Positions 59,223 to 64,000 of a DNA stretch of 64,000 bases are shown in pieces. Origin of the DNA: Candidatus Woesearchaeota archaeon. GTDB taxonomy: Archaea; Nanobdellota; Nanobdellia; Pacearchaeales; GW2011-AR1. Made by a program: the position numbers and the translations under genes. Where the stretch lies: the NCBI GenBank assembly GCA_964495875.1, contig CAZBWB010000002.1:24363-88362 (forward strand), read 5' to 3'. Within the stretch, counting starts at the first letter, position 1, and the number at the start of each line of letters is the position of its first letter. A model generated the notes under the pieces. That model searched no databases. It was not told the origin of the DNA and was given only the letters and a program-made list of their open reading frames with translations.

Positions 59223-59836
59223 ATATTTCTTCTGTCCAGCTCATTATTTACTATAGAAACAACATGACTCGCAAAATATGTTTTATTTCCGACAGAGACA
59301 GACTTTGCCATTGTTTTTAATCTCTTTAATTCTTTTTTCGGCAAGCCTTTCTGGTCTCCCAAAACAAAAGCACAATTTTCAGGAATTTTTAAATTTCTTA
59401 TGTCTTCTCCTCTTTTATCAAGCAAAAATATTTCTTTTCCCTGCTCTTTCAGCTTTTTCACAACATCCAAAAAACTCTTTTTCTCAATGAAACATCCTGG
59501 AAAAACTTCTGTTCTTTTTCCTTCTTTGTATTTGTAAAGAATCTTTTTGATTAATCCAGCAACATCTTTTTTAGAAATATCCAAACTTCCAACTTTTTTT
59601 CCTGTTTCAGGAATGCCTTTTGTTTTTCGTACCTGCATCTCAATATGTTTAGGGGGGTCTGGTTGCCCATAAAAAACTAAATGCAATTTAACGTCTTCCC
59701 TAACATCATGAGACAAGAAGAAAGCAGAAATCAAAACATGAATTACAATATCCATTCTTCCTGCTTTCATTAAATTATTCAAATCAAAATTTCCAGATGT
59801 TCTCGCCTTACTTGAAAAATATACAAAATGCCTCAT
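59219..59836 (-). CDS. trmY: tRNA (pseudouridine54-N1)-methyltransferase TrmY (SPOUT, DUF358)
   Basis: AGRMDIVIHVLISAFFLSHDVREDVKLHLVFYGQPDPPKHI matches the TrmY core. Confidence 0.75.
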   Translation of the reverse strand: MRHFVYFSSKARTSGNFDLNNLMKAGRMDIVIHVLISAFFLSHDVREDVKLHLVFYGQPDPPKHIEMQVRKTKGIPETGKKVGSLDISKKDVAGLIKKILYKYKEGKRTEVFPGCFIEKKSFLDVVKKLKEQGKEIFLLDKRGEDIRNLKIPENCAFVLGDQKGLPKKELKRLKTMAKSVSVGNKTYFASHVVSIVNNELDRRNI

Positions 59837-59886
59837 TTTATAGATATAGACATAAACTTTATATATCTTTTAATTTTTAATCTATC

Positions 59887-60207
59887 ATGCCAAAACAAAA
59901 TAATACTTTGCCTATTTTAACACACATTCTAGGACTACTTACCGGCTTTTTAGGTCCGCTTATACTTTTGCTTGCATCAGAAGATAAACAAGTCAAAAAA
60001 CATGCTAAAATAGTTTTGAATTGGCAGTTTACTCTTTTAATTTATTTTGCCATAGCAACAGTATTAGCCTTTATATTAATCGGATTTTTATTTTTCGCTG
60101 TATTGGGAATTCTGAATACTATCTTTTCAATAATTGGAGCAGTTAAAGCAAGTGAAGGAAAAATTTGGAAATATCCTCTTTCAATACCTTTTTTTAAGAT
60201 GAATTAA
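59887..60207 (+). CDS. DUF4870-like small membrane protein
   Basis: HILGLLTGFLGPLILLL...HAKIVLNWQFTLLIY. Confidence 0.55.
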   Translation: MPKQNNTLPILTHILGLLTGFLGPLILLLASEDKQVKKHAKIVLNWQFTLLIYFAIATVLAFILIGFLFFAVLGILNTIFSIIGAVKASEGKIWKYPLSIPFFKMN

Positions 60208-61055
60208 ACAGGTTGCAAAACAAATTTAGCCTTAGCAAAAATATCTCTGTCCTTCACAACTTCATAAACTCCGATAAATCTATTATCACTAAATGCAATA
60301 ATAATATCATCTTTCTTCGCATTAACTTTGTTCTTTAAATCTTCATTATAAATTGGCTTACCAGTGAATAATTGTTTAACAGAACTCTCTTTAACCTGAA
60401 TTGCAGGAAAGATTTTCAATAAAGCTTCTTCAGCAGGAATTATGATTTTTTCTGAATTTTCTTTTTTAATATCTTCTAATTTTACAGAATCTTTTTCCAA
60501 AAATATCCCAGCTCTGGTTCTTCTTAATTTTGTCATATGTGCATTTATTCCAAGTTCCTGCCCTAAATCATGGATTAATTTTCTAATATATGTGCCTCCC
60601 TGAACTTCTGCATGAAACTCAATATTTTTTCCTTTGCTCTCCAAAATTTCAAATTTCTTCACTTCTCTTTCCCTATATTGTCTTTTAACCCGTGATTTTA
60701 CAGGAGGCATCTGGATAATCTTTCCTGTAAATTTTTCTTTTATAGTTTTTTTGATTTTTTCTGCAGGAACTTCTTCATGAATTCTCATTTCTCCAGCATA
60801 TTCTTTGTCCTCTCCTAAAAAAAATCCTGTGAGTTTGCATGCTCTGTTTAGTGCGACAGGCAAAACTCCCGTAACTTTAGGGTCAAGAGTTCCAAAATGC
60901 GAAGTTTTTCTCAACCCCCAAATTTTTTTTACTTTTTCACAAACATCAAAACTAGTATATCCTGCTGGTTTGTCAATATTTATGATTCCGAATTCAAGAA
61001 GCTCTTTGATTGTTTTCTTTTCCTTTAATTTTTCTATATTCATTTTATAATTCAA
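60204..61055 (-). CDS. cbf5: H/ACA RNP pseudouridine synthase Cbf5 (TruB family with PUA domain)
   Basis: IDKPAGYTSFDVCEKV...SHFGTLDPKVTGVLPVAL catalytic Asp motif; alternative ATG at 61043. Confidence 0.88.
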   Translation of the reverse strand: MNYKMNIEKLKEKKTIKELLEFGIINIDKPAGYTSFDVCEKVKKIWGLRKTSHFGTLDPKVTGVLPVALNRACKLTGFFLGEDKEYAGEMRIHEEVPAEKIKKTIKEKFTGKIIQMPPVKSRVKRQYREREVKKFEILESKGKNIEFHAEVQGGTYIRKLIHDLGQELGINAHMTKLRRTRAGIFLEKDSVKLEDIKKENSEKIIIPAEEALLKIFPAIQVKESSVKQLFTGKPIYNEDLKNKVNAKKDDIIIAFSDNRFIGVYEVVKDRDIFAKAKFVLQPV

Positions 61056-61752
61056 ACTCTCCTTTCAGGTATTTTTTCCTTTTCTCTTCTTCAAACCGTT
61101 CTATAGCATATCTCAAAGCTGTTCGTGGCATATTTTCATAATGCTGTTTTAAAAAATCTTCCAGAATTTCCTGGTTTCTCTTGCCGACTTCTCTCAGCAT
61201 CCATCCCACTGCCTTGTGAATCAAATCATGCTTGTCATCAAGCAATAATTCTGAGATAGCCAGTGCATCCTCAAACTCATCTTTTTTTATAAAATTAAAT
61301 GTAGAGACAATTGCAATTCTTCTTTCCCAGAGATTTTCTGATTTTACAAACTCATACAGGATATTTTTCTTTTTGTCAAGCAGGAAATCACCCACAATAA
61401 CAGGTGCAGAAACATCCACCAAATCCCAGTTGTTTATGTTTCCTGTATTTTTCAGATAGAATTCAAATATATTGCCTTTATTCTCATCATCTGCTTTTTT
61501 GTATTTCTCGCATAATATAATCAGGCTGACTAATCTGTGTTCATGAATTTCGCTTTTTATCAGTTCCTGAAGCTTGTTCAAACCCATACCAGAGTATTTT
61601 TTTGCAATTTCTCTCTGAACAGGAACTTTTATCCCAAGAAATATATCTCCTTCTCCATACTCTCCTTTGCCTGTCTTAAAAAATCTCTGAAGATTTTTTG
61701 CTTGTTCATCATCGGATAAATCCAGCAGTTCTTTTTTCAATTCTTCTAACAT
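61045..61752 (-). CDS. DNA alkylation repair protein (AlkD-like HEAT repeats)
   Basis: AKNLQRFFKTGKGEYGEGDIFLGIKVPVQREIAKKY...WDLVD...HDLIHKAVGWMLRE. Confidence 0.8.
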   Translation of the reverse strand: MLEELKKELLDLSDDEQAKNLQRFFKTGKGEYGEGDIFLGIKVPVQREIAKKYSGMGLNKLQELIKSEIHEHRLVSLIILCEKYKKADDENKGNIFEFYLKNTGNINNWDLVDVSAPVIVGDFLLDKKKNILYEFVKSENLWERRIAIVSTFNFIKKDEFEDALAISELLLDDKHDLIHKAVGWMLREVGKRNQEILEDFLKQHYENMPRTALRYAIERFEEEKRKKYLKGEFEL

Positions 61753-61790
61753 AGTTAAAAAATCTCATATAAATTTATATATTTATCTTT

Positions 61791-62165
61791 ATGTTTACAC
61801 ACAAAATGGCACCTTCAAATTTTATCACCTTAAGAGAAATGCAATTGGAGGTGGACAGTTGGGTGCAACAATTTGACCCTGGTTATTGGCCTCCGCTTTC
61901 TATTATGGCACAAATAACAGAAGAAGCCGGAGAGATTGCCCGTAATCTCAATAATATGTATGGAGGAAGAGTAAAAAAAGATGCAGATGAGGTAAAGCAT
62001 TTAAGTGAAGAAGTTTGTGATATTATGTTTGCCTTAGTATGTTTAGCAAATTCTCATAATATTGATTTAGATAAATCCTGGAAAGAAACAATCTCTGAAA
62101 GATGCAGAAGGGATGATAATAGATTTGAGAGAAAGAATAATCACTCTCCTAAACGACTGGAATGA
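61791..62165 (+). CDS. MazG-type nucleotide pyrophosphohydrolase
   Basis: ITEEAGEIARNL...LSEEVCDIMFALVCLANSHNIDL (EExxE/D helices). Confidence 0.75.
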   Translation: MFTHKMAPSNFITLREMQLEVDSWVQQFDPGYWPPLSIMAQITEEAGEIARNLNNMYGGRVKKDADEVKHLSEEVCDIMFALVCLANSHNIDLDKSWKETISERCRRDDNRFERKNNHSPKRLE

Positions 62166-62536
62166 ATGCCTCTTGCGAATTCTTTTGATCGGATAAATTT
62201 TGTTTTTCTAAGTTCTTTTTTTAATAAAGAAATGAAGTTAGATTTTTGATCATATCCTAAAAAAACAATGTCTGGGTTTATTTTTTTAATTAATTTTATA
62301 TTATTGTCTTTATTATTTGAAACGCCTATAATTTTGTCTGCTATTTTTAATTTTTTAAGATTTAATGCTCTTGTTTTTTGATTGTTCTTTGGGAATTTCT
62401 TTTTATTTTCATAAACTAAATTATCATGAATAATAATCACAATTAAATAACCCCCTTGCTTTTTTGTATCTTCTAGAAATTTTATATGTCCTTTATGAAG
62501 AATATCAAATGTCCCAAAACATAAAATTTTTTTCAT
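62141..62536 (-). CDS. cytidylyltransferase-family nucleotidyltransferase (RibL/FAD synthase-like)
   Basis: ILCFGTFDILHKGHIKFL (GxFDxxHxGH). Confidence 0.75.
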   Translation of the reverse strand: MKKILCFGTFDILHKGHIKFLEDTKKQGGYLIVIIIHDNLVYENKKKFPKNNQKTRALNLKKLKIADKIIGVSNNKDNNIKLIKKINPDIVFLGYDQKSNFISLLKKELRKTKFIRSKEFARGIHSSRLGE

Positions 62537-62583
62537 AATCTTTTAAGAATTCCTTGCTCTAAAAAACTTTTTATTTTCTATCT

Positions 62584-62847
62584 CTAACCATATAACTCTT
62601 CTATTTCATCTCTTCTCTTGTCTAATAATCCTTCAATCACTCTGTAATATCTTCTTACTGATTCCATTAGTTCTTTTTCCATCTCTTCTGTCTTTCCAAC
62701 AATGTCTATCCTTTCTCTTTTGACCATACGCCTAGTGTTCGTTATTTCTTCTAGTATTCGTTTTTTTGCTGCTTCAGTGTCATGTATTGTGAAAGTTACT
62801 CTGTGAGATAATTCATAACGCAACCACTCTTTATAATCTTCTTCCAT
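62584..62847 (-). CDS. hypothetical 87-aa protein
   Basis: ORF only. Confidence 0.4.
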   Translation of the reverse strand: MEEDYKEWLRYELSHRVTFTIHDTEAAKKRILEEITNTRRMVKRERIDIVGKTEEMEKELMESVRRYYRVIEGLLDKRRDEIEELYG

Positions 62848-62902
62848 ATCAAAAAAAACTCTTTTTCTTATTTAAAGATTATTGTGATGGCATATTACAA
62901 AT

Positions 62903-63493
62903 CTATTTTGCCAGGGCTTTTCTCATCTGATGTTTCTGCTTTGTTGCTTTTCCGGCAGCTTTGGCTTCGTGCTTAACTTTTTTAGCAGCAGCTTTTTCAA
63001 TTTCCTTGCCAGCCTCAACAACAGCTGCTTTTTTTTCTTTTTCTTCTTCTTTCTTTTCAACTTCTTCTTTTTTCTCTTCCTCTGTTTTCTGAACACCTTC
63101 TTTCGCCTTTTCCATCATTGTTTTTTTGCCTTTCAAAATTCCTTCAGCTTTTTTCAAAATCCTTTCTTCTTTTGCTTTTTTAAACTTCAATTTTTCAGGC
63201 ATTTCTGCAAGTTCTGCTTTTACAATATCTCCTTCTTTCACAGCCTTAACTTTAATTTTGTGCGGAGGTTTTTTTATTCCTTTAAACCACAAAAATTCAT
63301 TCAAATATCTATCAATTTTAATCTTTCTCAAATCTCTGTCTCTAATTTTCATATGTCTAGCTAAAAATTCCTTGATTGTCCTGATTGCTTTTGGAGTTTT
63401 TTTATATCTCGGAACAATTTTAACTTTTTTTCTGAGCGGAATTACATATTCTCTTTCAATATTCTCTGATTTTGTTTCTGTTTTTTTAGCCAT
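62903..63493 (-). CDS. rpl31e: 50S ribosomal protein L31e (eL31) with ~100-aa K/E/A-rich C-terminal extension
   Basis: EREYVIPLRKK...AIRTIKEFLARHMK...KIDRYLNEFLWFKGIKKPPHKIKV. Confidence 0.88.
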   Translation of the reverse strand: MAKKTETKSENIEREYVIPLRKKVKIVPRYKKTPKAIRTIKEFLARHMKIRDRDLRKIKIDRYLNEFLWFKGIKKPPHKIKVKAVKEGDIVKAELAEMPEKLKFKKAKEERILKKAEGILKGKKTMMEKAKEGVQKTEEEKKEEVEKKEEEKEKKAAVVEAGKEIEKAAAKKVKHEAKAAGKATKQKHQMRKALAK

Positions 63494-63494
63494 T

Positions 63495-63698
63495 TTATCC
63501 GAAATGAGATTTTCTTTGCTTTCGCGGTTTAATATGCAGTTTTGTTCGTCTCCAGCTTCTTCTATGTCTGGTTATTGCAGAAGGATGAACTCTTTTGCCC
63601 ATCCCGTATTTTTTTAATACTACCCAAACAGGAGCCCACTTAGTTTTCCTACCCGCCTTTGCTAATTTTATTTTTTTGTTTTTATTTTTTATTGGCAT
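63495..63698 (-). CDS. rpl39e: 50S ribosomal protein L39e (eL39)
   Basis: KLAKAGRKTKWAPVWVVLKK...RHRRSWRRTKL. Confidence 0.88.
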   Translation of the reverse strand: MPIKNKNKKIKLAKAGRKTKWAPVWVVLKKYGMGKRVHPSAITRHRRSWRRTKLHIKPRKQRKSHFG

Positions 63699-63993
63699 TT
63701 TCTTCTATCTCCTTTAAAGACCCAATCCTGTCTTCTAACTGCATTTTTGAATATCTTCTGCTAACAAGCAATCCAGCCCTAATTTCAAGTCTATTACTTT
63801 TATGATCATTATAATGCAGAAAAATCACGGAAGGAGAAGTATTAAATATCTCAATTAAATGCCCGTCATCCTCATCCTTAACCCGTCCACAATAATTCTC
63901 AGAAAGGATTCTTGTGATTTTTTCCGTCTTTTTCCTGTTAATTCTGCAAATCATTTTCCCCATTTTTTTATCATCGTTATCATCATAAATCAT
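63682..63993 (-). CDS. hypothetical 103-aa protein
   Basis: ORF overlapping the L39e start by 17 nt. Confidence 0.4.
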   Translation of the reverse strand: MIYDDNDDKKMGKMICRINRKKTEKITRILSENYCGRVKDEDDGHLIEIFNTSPSVIFLHYNDHKSNRLEIRAGLLVSRRYSKMQLEDRIGSLKEIEENANKK

Positions 63994-64000
63994 TTTATTT

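Overview
The window is AT-rich (roughly two-thirds A+T by eye) and very gene-dense, and it is clearly archaeal. It carries eukaryote-type ribosomal proteins (S4e, L31e, L37ae, L39e, L40e), aIF5A, Spt5, PCNA, Hjc, class I LysRS, Cbf5 and Taw1. The small proteins, Lys/Glu-rich extensions, a fused PriS-PriL primase and a large share of surface proteins suggest a reduced DPANN-type archaeon; this is an inference, not shown directly.

Layout:
- 1-10215 (minus): the L3-to-L6 ribosomal superoperon, interrupted by six non-ribosomal ORFs, including a DEDDh exonuclease.
- 10.3-27.7 kb: housekeeping genes. These include AMP phosphorylase, tRNA-Ser, P1/P0/L1, Taw1, a site-2 protease, L40e, aIF5A, FKBP, FtsZ, SecE, Spt5, L11, a free-standing LAGLIDADG endonuclease, a tRNA-Pro that appears to carry two introns, L37ae, RpoP, prefoldin beta, SepF and a miniature Dph2-like protein.
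- 27.8-43.1 kb: a cell-envelope island. It holds a C-terminally anchored surface protein, PAP2 and a small archaeosortase-like protein sharing one palindromic TATA box, a Methanococcales-type S-layer gene with a long structured leader, and a 7-gene leaderless operon. That operon encodes five type IV pilin-like proteins plus two giant envelope proteins, with no assembly ATPase, platform protein or prepilin peptidase in the window. It is my top candidate for an undescribed system.
- 43.3-52 kb: PCNA, a PHP-like protein, the fused primase, two more Cys-module surface proteins and a membrane-anchored ComEA-like operon.
- 52-64 kb: Hjc, a histone-fold mini-protein, a B12/radical-SAM enzyme, two RelE-type modules flanking lysK, RNase HI, TrmY, Cbf5, an AlkD-like protein, MazG, L31e and L39e.

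First genes of transcription units almost always have a TTTATAAA-like box centred 25.5 nt upstream of the ATG, which implies leaderless mRNAs. I used this spacing to choose start codons. I saw no rRNA, CRISPR array or transposase. All coordinates of motifs and sub-ORF features were indexed by hand.
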